Part shown: positions 50,964 through 60,781 of the stretch, piece by piece | How positions within the stretch are numbered: the stretch's first letter is position 1 | Layout of the letters: every line of letters starts with the position of its first letter | Assembly (NCBI RefSeq): GCF_913776295.1 | Contig: NZ_CAJYOJ010000065.1 | Coordinates: 32,813-96,812, forward strand | Length of the DNA: 64,000 bases | Source of the DNA: an uncultured Pedobacter sp. | Lineage (GTDB): Bacteria; Bacteroidota; Bacteroidia; Sphingobacteriales; Sphingobacteriaceae | Direction: 5' to 3' | Position numbers and translations under genes: made by a program | The notes under the pieces: generated by a model | Told to the model about the DNA's origin: nothing | The model's input: the letters and a program-made list of their open reading frames with translations, nothing else | Database searches by the model: none

Positions 50964-52307
50964 CTAGGTTTCAGAAGGGAACGATATTCCCTTGATATTC
51001 CGGTATAAATCTACAGCATAGAGGTCTGTCATTCCGGAAACAAAGTCTAGCACACTCTGTATAATAGAATAAATATCGGTCAAATCGGTATGATATTGTT
51101 TAGGAATAAGTTTAACCAGTTTTCTGTAATAGTGTGTATTGTTATGAATAAGTGCCGGAACAAACTCTTCCAGTAAACCGGCCATAATTTTATAACCCGC
51201 CACCTCTTTCTGTATTACTGAAGAGAAATTATATATACGCTCCACGGAAATTTTTTCTACCGCTTTCCAGGCCGAAATATAGGGTTCGGGCAGTAAATCA
51301 GTTAAGCTATAATTAAGATCACCCTTTAATAGCTTTTCTTGTTCGTTAAAGAATATCGCTGCACATTGATTTGTTAAGGTATTAATGGCTTTAGCACGCA
51401 GCAGACCAATTTTGGCATCATCATCTTCATAATCGTTTTTTAAACGTTCTTCTATAGTTGTTGAATTGGCAAAAGGCATGAGGTAACCTTTTACTTCTTC
51501 ATAAGAAAGGATCTTGAGTCGATGCGCATCTTCAAGGTCGATGATGCTGTAACAGATGTCATCTGCAGCTTCTACCAGATAAACCAGAGGATGGCGTTTA
51601 TAAATGAGGTACTCGCTGTCTTCTTTTGCCAGGCGAAGTTCGGTGGCAATCTTTTTGAAACTTTCCTCTTCCGATTGAAAGAAACCGTATTTTTTACGGT
51701 GCAGCAAACCTTTCTGTTTACCTACAATAGAAGCACAGGGATATTTAGCTATAGAGGCCAGGGTTGAATAGGTAAGCGCATACGCATCATTTCCCTTTCC
51801 TTTTAATGGATGCGTAAGGATCCGGATAGCATTGGCATTCCCTTCAAAATTAATTAAATCGTGCCATTGCGATTCACTCATCTCTTTCTGGTAAACCTTA
51901 CCATCACCATCGGTAAAATAGCGCGAAATGGCTGCTTCTCCCGAATGTCCAAATGCCGGGTTGCCCAAATCATGCGCCAGTGCAGCAGCAGCTACAATAT
52001 TACCTACTTCGTTAATTAAGGGAACATCTTTAGTGAGTTCTGGTTGATATTCTTCTATACTTTTAAGAAATATGTTTGCCATGGAACGGGCCACACTTGC
52101 CACTTCTAAACTATGTGTTAGGCGATTGTGTACAAAAACACTTCCAGGCAAAGGAAAAACCTGCGTTTTATTCTGCAACCTTCTAAATGGAGACGAAAAG
52201 ATCAACCGGTCATAATCACGCTGAAAATCAGAACGTGCCCGATCTGTACTGGCACCATATTGCTCTTGTCCGTATCTTTTATTCGAAAGTAAGTATTTCC
52301 ACTCCAT
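50964..52307 (-). CDS. dgt: Deoxyguanosinetriphosphate triphosphohydrolase (HD domain)
   Basis: FRRLQNKTQV, HNRLTHSLEV, AHDLGNPAFGHSGE, EAADDICY. Confidence 0.93.
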   Translation of the reverse strand: MEWKYLLSNKRYGQEQYGASTDRARSDFQRDYDRLIFSSPFRRLQNKTQVFPLPGSVFVHNRLTHSLEVASVARSMANIFLKSIEEYQPELTKDVPLINEVGNIVAAAALAHDLGNPAFGHSGEAAISRYFTDGDGKVYQKEMSESQWHDLINFEGNANAIRILTHPLKGKGNDAYALTYSTLASIAKYPCASIVGKQKGLLHRKKYGFFQSEEESFKKIATELRLAKEDSEYLIYKRHPLVYLVEAADDICYSIIDLEDAHRLKILSYEEVKGYLMPFANSTTIEERLKNDYEDDDAKIGLLRAKAINTLTNQCAAIFFNEQEKLLKGDLNYSLTDLLPEPYISAWKAVEKISVERIYNFSSVIQKEVAGYKIMAGLLEEFVPALIHNNTHYYRKLVKLIPKQYHTDLTDIYSIIQSVLDFVSGMTDLYAVDLYRNIKGISFPSET

Positions 52308-52445
52308 TTATCACGCTGGCATTTAAAATCTGGCGCAAGTTAAACAAAACGCGAAAATGGTAAAGCATAATGCTTTAAGTAAAATTTGTATTACATCAAT
52401 TAAAAGATATATCTATATTTGCGGCAAACAAACAAACAAACAACA

Positions 52446-53093
52446 ATGAAGAAAATCTTATTAACGCTTGCAGTCTTATGCTGCTTTACGGTTTTGACTA
52501 AAGCACAATTTGAAGGCTCAAAACAAATCTTTGAAAGTCCGAAATTAAAGGATGCGATCAAAACACACAAAACTGTAGCTATTTTACCCTTTGCGGTAAA
52601 AATCTCTTACAGAAAACAACCCAAAAACTTTAGCGCTGAAGCGAATAAAAGTCAGGAAGAATCAATGGCCAGGTCTATCCAGGCAAGTATGTATACTTTT
52701 TTGCTGAGAAAAGCTTCAGACTATACCGTAACTTTTCAGGATGTTGACAAAACAAATATCCTGTTGAAAAAAGCTGGCGTTCTGGATAAGTTAGATGAAA
52801 CAACCAAGGATGAATTAGCCAAGATACTTGGTGTTGATGCGGTGATTGGTGGTCGTTTCGAAACCGAGCAAACGAAATCAGAAGCCGGTGCTATTGCCTC
52901 GGCTGTTTTATTTGGGGGTTTTGGAGGAAAATCCGGAACAGGCACCATGTTCTTAACCATCAATAATGGATCAGACGGTGAATTGTTATGGCGTTTCTTT
53001 AAAACAATGGATGATAACATTATGAGTTCTACCGATGATATGGTGGAACGGATGATGCGGAAAATATCTCGGAATTTCCCTTATAGAAACTAA
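52446..53093 (+). CDS. Hypothetical secreted protein
   Basis: MKKILL signal peptide; VAILPF..LGVDAVI alpha/beta pattern. Confidence 0.75.
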   Translation: MKKILLTLAVLCCFTVLTKAQFEGSKQIFESPKLKDAIKTHKTVAILPFAVKISYRKQPKNFSAEANKSQEESMARSIQASMYTFLLRKASDYTVTFQDVDKTNILLKKAGVLDKLDETTKDELAKILGVDAVIGGRFETEQTKSEAGAIASAVLFGGFGGKSGTGTMFLTINNGSDGELLWRFFKTMDDNIMSSTDDMVERMMRKISRNFPYRN

Positions 53094-53099
53094 AACAGG

Positions 53100-53126
53100 A
53101 GGCAGATAGAAATATCTGCCTTTATT
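53100..53126 (+). terminator. Intrinsic terminator
   Basis: aggcagata-gaaa-tatctgcct plus T-rich tract. Confidence 0.7.
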
Positions 53127-53201
53127 GTTTACCAGCTTTACTGATTGATTATAATCAAACCATTTAGCTTCTGCCCTGTTTATTGATAAAATGATACAGA
53201 C

Positions 53202-53564
53202 ATGAAAACGAGTATATACAACAAAAAGGAACATATGGAGGGATATGTAGGGTCAGGTGATGAGCAATCTGAAAAATCAGACGTGCAAAAAGCTTTAGAA
53301 CAAGCCAATGATACAAATATAGTAACGAGTTACGGCAAAGAACCTGGTGAATTGATTAAAGGAAATCCTTCAGCGAGAGATGGCAGAGATAACTCTGGTA
53401 CGCAAGGTAAAGATTCACTTAGTGATGATGCCTACAACAGCGTGGATAAAAACCCAACATTAAAGAGTGCTGAAAGTCATACCGGAAGTTCGTCTGAAGA
53501 TTTTAAAACAAAGCCCGATATTAATGAAGCTGATGAAAACCACGCATTAAATACTGGCATTTAA
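53202..53564 (+). CDS. Small acidic hydrophilic (likely disordered) protein
   Basis: 120 aa rich in D/E/S/G/N with almost no hydrophobic core. Confidence 0.75.
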   Translation: MKTSIYNKKEHMEGYVGSGDEQSEKSDVQKALEQANDTNIVTSYGKEPGELIKGNPSARDGRDNSGTQGKDSLSDDAYNSVDKNPTLKSAESHTGSSSEDFKTKPDINEADENHALNTGI

Positions 53565-53899
53565 CACCATAAGATTACTAAAACAGCATTGAGTTTATCA
53601 GTAAGATTCAGGATATATGGATAAAACAATTAAGCCATAATAACGATTGTGATCATGTCTACCTTATGTTTTTGAATCACAACCAGATATCAATTAACAT
53701 CTTAAAAAATTGACATATATCAATTCATTAAAACCATATCTCTTGCGTTTTGATGATAAGTTATTGAAATTAGCTCTGCCTTAGGATTCGCGACAAGCTA
53801 AAAATTAGAGAAGAACTATTAAGGGCTTTAGCTAGTTAATTGACACAATTCGGTTGTTGAATTCTAGATTACTTCCATCTACCGGGAAAGGCATAAACT

Positions 53900-53935
53900 T
53901 ATAAAGGGATTGTCAATGAGGATAATCCCTTTATA
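53900..53935 (-). terminator. Hairpin, probable terminator
   Basis: Perfect 12-bp stem tataaagggatt/aatccctttata next to the stop at 53942. Confidence 0.55.
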
Positions 53936-53941
53936 ATTAAT

Positions 53942-54235
53942 TTACAGATCTTTTCCATGTAAACCTTTGTCGTCGTTCTTATTTCTGTTTCCTATATCTT
54001 CACCCTGACTTAAATTCGCATTATTCAGACTTCCATTTACGTCTTGATTAACATCATCCTCTGCGCTTTTGTGAGCGGCCCCGGGTTCATCCTTACGCTT
54101 AAAATCAGCCCTTTTATGCCCGTAAGTAGCTTCTCCGTTATCCCACTCTATATCCTCCTCATTGTGATTAATCTCCTCATTAGGATTAATATTATTATTT
54201 TCATGATTTTCCATAGCGATTGATTTTGTAGACAC
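53942..54235 (-). CDS. Small acidic hydrophilic protein
   Basis: N/E/D-rich, 97 aa (alternative start at MENHE). Confidence 0.75.
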   Translation of the reverse strand: MSTKSIAMENHENNNINPNEEINHNEEDIEWDNGEATYGHKRADFKRKDEPGAAHKSAEDDVNQDVNGSLNNANLSQGEDIGNRNKNDDKGLHGKDL

Positions 54236-54333
54236 TCTTTTATAGGAACAATAGATACGACAGAAAGGTTTAATATTGAAACAATTATATACTCCAAGCC
54301 TTTGCTCTCTTCTATCGCCTTTAGTTAATTGTG

Positions 54334-54579
54334 CTAATTCACCCCTTTGCTTTGATCTATTGCTGTTTCACTATCCAAATCATCTTTCGTCAAACCATTT
54401 TCATCGCGGTGTTCCGGTGGGTTTTCCATCCTGCTTTCTTCCAAATCTGAAAAATCACTACCTTTCTGATTGGCTACTTCACCATGTGAAGAAGGCTTAT
54501 CTTTCCCTTCTTCCTTAGGATCAGCAAAATCCTGTCCTTCAACAGGTAATGCTTCTTGCTCTTTATCTTTATTCATCAT
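54334..54579 (-). CDS. Small acidic hydrophilic protein
   Basis: MMNKDKEQE..., D/E-rich; the ORF-track extension to 54630 runs up to the rpsJ terminator. Confidence 0.72.
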   Translation of the reverse strand: MMNKDKEQEALPVEGQDFADPKEEGKDKPSSHGEVANQKGSDFSDLEESRMENPPEHRDENGLTKDDLDSETAIDQSKGVN

Positions 54580-54628
54580 ATCAGTACAACCAGCCAGCTC
54601 AAGTTTTGTTTTAGAATTCGGGCTATAC

Positions 54629-54660
54629 AAAAAAAGGCCCCGATGTGCATCGGGACCTTT
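54629..54660 (-). terminator. Terminator directly after rpsJ
   Basis: aaaggccccgat/atcgggaccttt stem with an A7 run on the plus strand. Confidence 0.8.
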
Positions 54661-54679
54661 CCTGTTCTTTTAAAATCAG

Positions 54680-54985
54680 TTAAACTTTGATTTCAACTTC
54701 AACACCGCTAGGTAATTCAAGTTTCATTAATGCATCAACAGTTTTAGAGTTAGAGCTATAAATATCCAATAAACGTTTGTAAGCGCATAGTTGGAACTGC
54801 TCTCTAGCTTTTTTGTTTACGTGTGGAGAACGTAAAACAGTAAAGATTTTTTTCTCTGTAGGAAGTGGAATAGGACCACTCACCACTGCACCTGTAGGTT
54901 TAACAGTTTTTACAATTTTCTCAGCAGATTTATCTACTAAATTGTAATCGTAAGATTTTAACTTAATTCTGATTCTTTGGCTCAT
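54680..54985 (-). CDS. rpsJ: 30S ribosomal protein S10
   Basis: [31 protein letters not shown]. Confidence 0.99.
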   Translation of the reverse strand: MSQRIRIKLKSYDYNLVDKSAEKIVKTVKPTGAVVSGPIPLPTEKKIFTVLRSPHVNKKAREQFQLCAYKRLLDIYSSNSKTVDALMKLELPSGVEVEIKV

Positions 54986-55048
54986 CTTATTTTTAATTAT
55001 GGCTTCCTGTTAGAGCTATTAACAACAGAAACCGGATTTATCTTTAAA

Positions 55049-55123
55049 AAGGCGAATGGTTTAAGGTGTAAAGTTTAGGGCTTGAAAACCTTATACCTTA
55101 CGCCCTTTACCTTATACCTTAAT
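55049..55123. repeat. Heptamer-periodic inverted array (AAGG x5 / CCTT x5)
   Basis: aaggcga atggttt aaggtgt aaagttt agggctt / ccttata ccttacg cccttta ccttata ccttaat. Confidence 0.88.
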
Positions 55124-57237
55124 TAGTCTTCAGTTTTAATTCTTCCTTTAGATTTAGCTACCACTTCGTCCTGTACGTTTTTAGGCGCTGGCTCATAGTG
55201 GTCAAATTCCATTGTAGAAGTTGCACGGCCTGAAGTGATGGTACGTAACTGTGTTACATAACCAAACATTTCTGAAAGTGGCACCAATGCTTTGATTACC
55301 TGAGATCCGTTACGGGTATCCATACCTTGCAACTGACCACGACGACGGTTCATATCACCGATCACATCACCCATGTTTTCTTCAGGGGTTAAGATTTCGA
55401 TTTTCATGATTGGCTCCATCAAAGCAGGTTTACATTTAGGTAAAGCCTCACGGTAAGCCATACGGGCTGCAAGCTCGAATGATAAAGCATCTGAATCGAC
55501 TGCGTGGAATGAACCATCAATCAAACGTACTTTCATATCAGGAAGCGGATAACCAGCTAAAACACCATTTGCCATTGCAGATGCAAATCCTTTTTCTACT
55601 GAAGGGATGAACTCACGAGGAATAGCACCACCTACAATTTCGTTTACAAACTGCAAGCCACCTTTTTCAAAATCAGCATCAATCGGAGAAATCACCACTT
55701 TGATATCGGCAAATTTACCACGACCACCTGATTGTTTTTTATAAACTTCGCGGTGTTCTGAGGTACCGAAGATCGCCTCTTTGTAAGCTACTTGTGGTGC
55801 ACCCTGGTTAACTTCTACTTTAAATTCGCGTTTTAAACGGTCAATTAAGATATCTAAGTGAAGCTCACCCATACCAGAGATAACCGTTTGGCCAGTTTCC
55901 TGATCAGTTTGTACCCTGAAAGTAGGATCTTCCTCTGCTAATTTACCTAACGCTAAACCTAATTTATCAACGTCAGCCTGAGTTTTGGGCTCAATAGCTA
56001 AACCGATAACCGGATCAGGGAATACCATTGATTCCAGAACAATTGGATTTTTCTCATCGCAAAGGGTATCACCAGTTTTGATATCTTTAAAACCTACTAC
56101 CGCAGCAATATCACCAGCACCTACGTTAGGAATTGGATTTTGCTTGTTAGCGTGCATCTGGAAGATACGTGAAATACGCTCTTTGTTATTTGAACGGGTA
56201 TTGTACACATATGAACCCGCCTCTAAGTTACCTGAATAAACACGGATAAAGCATAAACGACCTACGAAAGGGTCAGTTGCAATTTTAAATGCTAATGCTG
56301 CAAAAGGCTCTTGTTCAGATGGTTTTAATAAAACTTCCTGATCTGTATTCGGGTTAGTACCTACCACACCTTCAGAATCCAAAGGCGAAGGCAATAATTC
56401 CATCACATAATCCAACATGGTTTGTACACCTTTGTTTTTGAAAGATGAACCACAAACCATAGGAACAATTTTAGCATCCAATACAGCTGCACGTAAAGCA
56501 TCTAAAATTTCGCGCTCAGTGATTGAGTTTGGATCTTCGAAGAATTTCTCCATCAAAGTCTCATCATAATCAGCAACTGATTCTAACAATTTCTCTCTCC
56601 ACTCTGCAACCTCATCTAACATATCATCAGGAATTGGCACTTCAGTAAAGGTCATACCTTTATCGTGCTCATTCCAAACGATACCACGGTTGTTGATCAA
56701 ATCAACCACACCTTTAAAGTTATCTTCAGAACCAATAGGTAATTGCAATGGAACTGCATTGCTACCTAACATATCTTTCACTTGCTTAACAACTTTTAAG
56801 AAGTCGGCACCAGAACGGTCCATTTTGTTAACAAAACCGATACGGGCAACATTGTAGTTGTTAGCTAAGCGCCAGTTGGTTTCTGATTGTGGCTCAACAC
56901 CATCAACTGCAGAAAACAAGAATACCAAACCATCTAATACACGTAATGAACGGTTTACCTCTACGGTAAAATCTACGTGTCCAGGTGTATCGATAATGTT
57001 GATGTGGTATTTGCTACCACGGTAGTTCCAGTTTACGGTTGTAGCAGCAGAGGTAATAGTGATACCACGCTCTTGCTCTTGTGCCATCCAGTCCATTGTT
57101 GCGGCACCTTCGTGCACTTCACCAATTTTGTGACTAACACCAGCATAATAAAGGATACGCTCAGTAGTGGTCGTTTTACCAGCATCAATGTGAGCCGCAA
57201 TTCCAATATTTCTTGTAAATTTTAAATCTCTTGCCAT
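55123..57237 (-). CDS. fusA: Elongation factor G
   Basis: [27 protein letters not shown]. Confidence 0.99.
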   Translation of the reverse strand: MARDLKFTRNIGIAAHIDAGKTTTTERILYYAGVSHKIGEVHEGAATMDWMAQEQERGITITSAATTVNWNYRGSKYHINIIDTPGHVDFTVEVNRSLRVLDGLVFLFSAVDGVEPQSETNWRLANNYNVARIGFVNKMDRSGADFLKVVKQVKDMLGSNAVPLQLPIGSEDNFKGVVDLINNRGIVWNEHDKGMTFTEVPIPDDMLDEVAEWREKLLESVADYDETLMEKFFEDPNSITEREILDALRAAVLDAKIVPMVCGSSFKNKGVQTMLDYVMELLPSPLDSEGVVGTNPNTDQEVLLKPSEQEPFAALAFKIATDPFVGRLCFIRVYSGNLEAGSYVYNTRSNNKERISRIFQMHANKQNPIPNVGAGDIAAVVGFKDIKTGDTLCDEKNPIVLESMVFPDPVIGLAIEPKTQADVDKLGLALGKLAEEDPTFRVQTDQETGQTVISGMGELHLDILIDRLKREFKVEVNQGAPQVAYKEAIFGTSEHREVYKKQSGGRGKFADIKVVISPIDADFEKGGLQFVNEIVGGAIPREFIPSVEKGFASAMANGVLAGYPLPDMKVRLIDGSFHAVDSDALSFELAARMAYREALPKCKPALMEPIMKIEILTPEENMGDVIGDMNRRRGQLQGMDTRNGSQVIKALVPLSEMFGYVTQLRTITSGRATSTMEFDHYEPAPKNVQDEVVAKSKGRIKTED

Positions 57238-57254
57238 TATGTTTTTAGTATTGA

Positions 57255-57345
57255 TTCCACCGATTTAAAAGATTTCACCGATTATTTTGTGTAATCGGTG
57301 AATTCAATTTTATCTGTGTAATCCTATAATAATCTGTGTAATCTT
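57255..57345. repeat. TGTGTAATC-type repeat with an 11-bp palindrome
   Basis: ttcaccgatta/taatcggtgaa stem; tgtgtaatc at 57288, 57315, 57335. Confidence 0.75.
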
Positions 57346-57364
57346 ACTGGTCTGTTAATTCTAA

Positions 57365-57832
57365 TTAGAACCTGAAGTGAGAGAACGCTTTGTTAGCCTC
57401 AGCCATTTTGTGCGTATCCTCTTTCTTTTTAACAGCAGCACCTTCACCCTTAGCAGCAGCTACGATTTCACCAGCTAATTTTTCTTTCATCGTTTTTTCA
57501 CCACGACGACGAGCATATAAAATTAACCATTTCATACCTAAAGCTGTTTTACGCTCTGGTCTAACCTCAGTTGGAACCTGGAAGTTGGCACCACCAACAC
57601 GACGGGATTTAACCTCTACAGCTGGCATAATGTTAGTTAATGCACGTTTGAACACCTCTAAACCGTTTTCACCTGCTTTTTTCTCCGCAATTTCAACAGC
57701 ATCGTAAAAAATGGAGTAAGCGATAGATTTTTTTCCATCGTACATCATGTTGTTTACAAAACGGGTTACCTGAACATCATTAAATTTTGGATCAGGAAGA
57801 ATAATTCTCTTTTTTGGTTTTGACTTTCTCAT
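57365..57832 (-). CDS. rpsG: 30S ribosomal protein S7
   Basis: [29 protein letters not shown]. Confidence 0.99.
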   Translation of the reverse strand: MRKSKPKKRIILPDPKFNDVQVTRFVNNMMYDGKKSIAYSIFYDAVEIAEKKAGENGLEVFKRALTNIMPAVEVKSRRVGGANFQVPTEVRPERKTALGMKWLILYARRRGEKTMKEKLAGEIVAAAKGEGAAVKKKEDTHKMAEANKAFSHFRF

Positions 57833-57849
57833 TTCTTATTTCCTCCCGA

Positions 57850-58263
57850 TTATTTTTTCTTTCCTTTTGCAGGTGCGGCAGCTGCCTGACCTGGTTTAGG
57901 ACGTTTAGTACCATATTTAGAACGACGTTGGTTACGACCAGCCACGCCTGATGTATCTAACGCACCACGAATGATGTGGTAACGTACACCTGGTAAATCT
58001 TTAACACGACCACCACGGATCAATACGATGGAGTGCTCCTGTAAGTTGTGACCTTCTCCAGGGATGTAAGCATTCACCTCTTTACCGTTCGTTAAACGAA
58101 CACGGGCTACTTTACGCATTGCTGAGTTTGGTTTTTTAGGGGTAGTGGTGTACACACGTGTACATACACCTCTTCGCTGTGGACAGCTGTCCAACGCTGG
58201 AGACTTACTCTTGAACTCCAGTGCTACTCTACCTTTTCTAACTAATTGTTGAATGGTTGGCAT
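57850..58263 (-). CDS. rpsL: 30S ribosomal protein S12
   Basis: [17 protein letters not shown]. Confidence 0.99.
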   Translation of the reverse strand: MPTIQQLVRKGRVALEFKSKSPALDSCPQRRGVCTRVYTTTPKKPNSAMRKVARVRLTNGKEVNAYIPGEGHNLQEHSIVLIRGGRVKDLPGVRYHIIRGALDTSGVAGRNQRRSKYGTKRPKPGQAAAAPAKGKKK

Positions 58264-58340
58264 TGTGCTTTTTTATGTTTTTTATTTAAAAAATTTACCG
58301 CTCCCCCGGCATCCTTACAGATAGCCCATAAAACGGACTG

Positions 58341-58371
58341 CAAAAGTAGAACAATTCTTTTTAAAAATCAA
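58341..58371 (-). promoter_or_regulatory. rpsL (str operon) promoter
   Basis: Minus strand TTG-N20-TActTTTG. Confidence 0.75.
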
Positions 58372-58385
58372 GGGGTTAGCATAAA

Positions 58386-58427
58386 AAGTTTTAAGTTGGC
58401 AATTGTTGGTTTTCAGTTGATGGTTAA
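58386..58427. repeat. Heptamer-periodic array (GTT core)
   Basis: aagtttt aagttgg caattgt tggtttt cagttga tggttaa. Confidence 0.7.
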
Positions 58428-58561
58428 GGTTTTGCCGTCGAGTCTGCAGTTAAGACTTTCTAGTCAACAGCTCACGCTTCAAGTTCTCTATGACAAATAC
58501 TTAATTGTTTTATATGCCGTTATGTAAAACTCATTATCTTTATTAAAAACCAATCTAAAAA

Positions 58562-59110
58562 ATGAAGCTAATCGTCATCACAATCATGCTTTGCAACCTT
58601 GCAATTCTATGTAATGCACAAACCACACCTCCTAAAAGAAAGGCTAACGTAGATTTTGAGGCTTATGAAAAACTTATACCAAAGGTTAAAGCACACCGTA
58701 AAAATAAGCTGGTTGATCTCCCCACATTTCTGAAAATGGCGGGAGAGAAAGGCACGGTTATTTTAGATACCCGTTCAGATAGCCTTTTTAAAAGAAAGCA
58801 TATTAAAGGGGCGATACATTTAAATTTTGCTGATTTTACACAGCAAAACCTGTTAAAGATTATTCCCCATGCAGAGGTCAGAATACTAATCTACTGCAAT
58901 AATAATTTTATTGATGATCAGGTAAATTTCGCCAGCAAAGAAGTTGTGCCTGATTTGATAAAGAAAAAAATAGCACCCATTTCATTGGCCTTAAATATCC
59001 CTACATATATTAATCTATATGGTTATGGCTATAGAAATGTATACGAGCTTTCTGAATTGGTAAGCACAAATGATAAAAGAGTAACCTTTGAAGGAACGAA
59101 TAGCCGATAG
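58562..59110 (+). CDS. Rhodanese-like domain secreted protein
   Basis: ILDTRS..F...HIKGAIHL, ILIYCNNN; signal peptide. Confidence 0.8.
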   Translation: MKLIVITIMLCNLAILCNAQTTPPKRKANVDFEAYEKLIPKVKAHRKNKLVDLPTFLKMAGEKGTVILDTRSDSLFKRKHIKGAIHLNFADFTQQNLLKIIPHAEVRILIYCNNNFIDDQVNFASKEVVPDLIKKKIAPISLALNIPTYINLYGYGYRNVYELSELVSTNDKRVTFEGTNSR

Positions 59111-59229
59111 TGGTCAATACTTATTAAAAGAGACTGATTCCGGGACTGAAACACATAACCTAAGTCAATTCATTATTGTCCAGACGATATAAAAAAAGTC
59201 TTCCAGTTTTACCTGAAAGACTTTCCTTA

Positions 59230-59400
59230 TTAAACTTTGGCTACTTTGTGTGTGTGTTTATGATGATGATGTTTTTGATGACTTTTTTTAGTCTGTGATT
59301 TTTCTGTAGTTGGTTTTGCATGCGCTACAGTTTTTGCATTAACGGTTGCGAAGGTAAACATGGCTAATAAAGCGATGCTTAAAACTTTAATTGCTTTCAT
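59230..59400 (-). CDS. Small secreted His/Lys-rich peptide (Asr-like composition); missing from the ORF track
   Basis: Hand translation MKAIKVLSIALLAMFTFATVNA-KTVAHAKPTTEKSQTKKSHQKHHHHKHTHKVAKV* (56 aa); terminator-like hairpin at about 59193-59224. Confidence 0.85.
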   Translation of the reverse strand: MKAIKVLSIALLAMFTFATVNAKTVAHAKPTTEKSQTKKSHQKHHHHKHTHKVAKV

Positions 59401-59665
59401 TTTCAAGTGGATTTAATAATGAATAAACCTTGTTATTTTGTTGATTTAAATCTCGAAAATCAAAATGAAGATTTTATGAACTATGGTCAGTCAAATTTAA
59501 AAGTATAATGGGCCTTTTCCTGCTCAAAATATTTAGAAATAATATTCCCGTTCAAGAGGGTTTTATTATGATGACGGTCCAAGTAAAGTTTGCAAAGGAA
59601 ATGATTGAATGAGCGAATATTGGATTAGACTAGATTATTTTATCCTGCTAAACTCACTTATTCCA

Positions 59666-59887
59666 TCATTTATTAAAAGTGTCTAGGTATAAATCTTCTA
59701 CTTTTTTTCTTGCCCAGGGCATACGTCTTAAAAATTTCAAGCTCGATTTGATGGATTGATTGTTATTAAAACAATCGATCCTGATTAACGATCCCAATTT
59801 CTCCCAGCCATAATGTGCATGGAGGTCAGTTACTATTTTCTCTAAAGTGATACCGTGTAAGGGGTTGTTCTTTTGCTGTTCGGCCAT
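59666..59887 (-). CDS. VF530/DUF2132 family DNA-binding protein
   Basis: [36 protein letters not shown]. Confidence 0.9.
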   Translation of the reverse strand: MAEQQKNNPLHGITLEKIVTDLHAHYGWEKLGSLIRIDCFNNNQSIKSSLKFLRRMPWARKKVEDLYLDTFNK

Positions 59888-59896
59888 GGAACAAAG

Positions 59897-60517
59897 TTAA
59901 AGGAATTTATTGGGTTTGTGCTTTGCCATCCAAACATTTGCGCCACCGCAATCAGGATCGTTTACTTTGTGTTTGAGCAACTCAAATTGGTTTTCCTGTA
60001 ATAAATTCTGATATTCAGCAGTAGCTAAAGAAGCATGAAAAAGATTTTCGCCCCCGTTCAGCCCCCATACTTCTCCCCGTTCCGTTCCGGATGTAAACAG
60101 TAAAATACCGCCGGCCTTTAAGTGATGCTTAAAAATGGTAAACATATTCGGTTGGTCATCAGCCGGAAGATGAAAAAGACTATGCCAGGCAATAATCGCA
60201 TCAAATTTTTCATCAAGATCCAGTTCTCGCATATCCTTAATCAGAAACCTCACTGCTGGGAAGTTGGCCCTGGCCAATTCGATCATTTGCGTACTGGCAT
60301 CAACGCCTAAAACATTTATACCATGGTTAATGAAATATTCCAGTATCGGCTTCCCATTACCACAGCCCAGGTCCAAAACCTTTGCATCCGCCGGAAGGTA
60401 TCCGAGAATATCATCTAAGTAAGCTTTTTCCACCAAATCGGCATAACGATTTTCAGCAAACCAACGCCCAATTTTATTGTAAACCTTATAAACGTTTTTG
60501 CGCTCTCCTTTTTCCAT
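59897..60517 (-). CDS. Class I SAM-dependent methyltransferase
   Basis: VLDLGCGNG, GVDAS, FDAIIAWHSLFHL. Confidence 0.9.
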   Translation of the reverse strand: MEKGERKNVYKVYNKIGRWFAENRYADLVEKAYLDDILGYLPADAKVLDLGCGNGKPILEYFINHGINVLGVDASTQMIELARANFPAVRFLIKDMRELDLDEKFDAIIAWHSLFHLPADDQPNMFTIFKHHLKAGGILLFTSGTERGEVWGLNGGENLFHASLATAEYQNLLQENQFELLKHKVNDPDCGGANVWMAKHKPNKFL

Positions 60518-60643
60518 CCTTAAAATTCCGATTAATGTTAGTGTAGAGATTTAAAACATCCAGCAGTTAGCGATGCCTTTGCAACACTAAGTTAATCATA
60601 TTTCTATTTTTTTGGAAACGAACGTGCAGTGGCGCTTGGCCAT

Positions 60644-60707
60644 TGTAGCCCCGCCATTCGCTTTATTCCGATGAAAAATCGGAATGCCCGCTGCTGTCAG
60701 GTTTATG
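60644..60707 (-). repeat. Dispersed ~65-bp palindromic repeat, copy C
   Basis: Reverse complement cataaacctgacagcagcgggcattccgatttttcatcggaataaagcgaatggcggggctac. Confidence 0.85.
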
Positions 60708-60781
60708 ATGAAAAGCCTGTCCAGCATACCGCAAAATAACAAGCTACGTTTCCAAAATATAATTTCAACCTGATTTAGAAA

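Noticed and set aside
50964-52307. Anti-phage dGTPase defence system
   Set aside because: Ordinary housekeeping-type Dgt with no defence-gene context; cannot be excluded without a phylogeny.
57850-58263. Streptomycin-resistance allele of rpsL
   Set aside because: PKKPNS and RVKDLPG are wild-type at the usual Lys positions.
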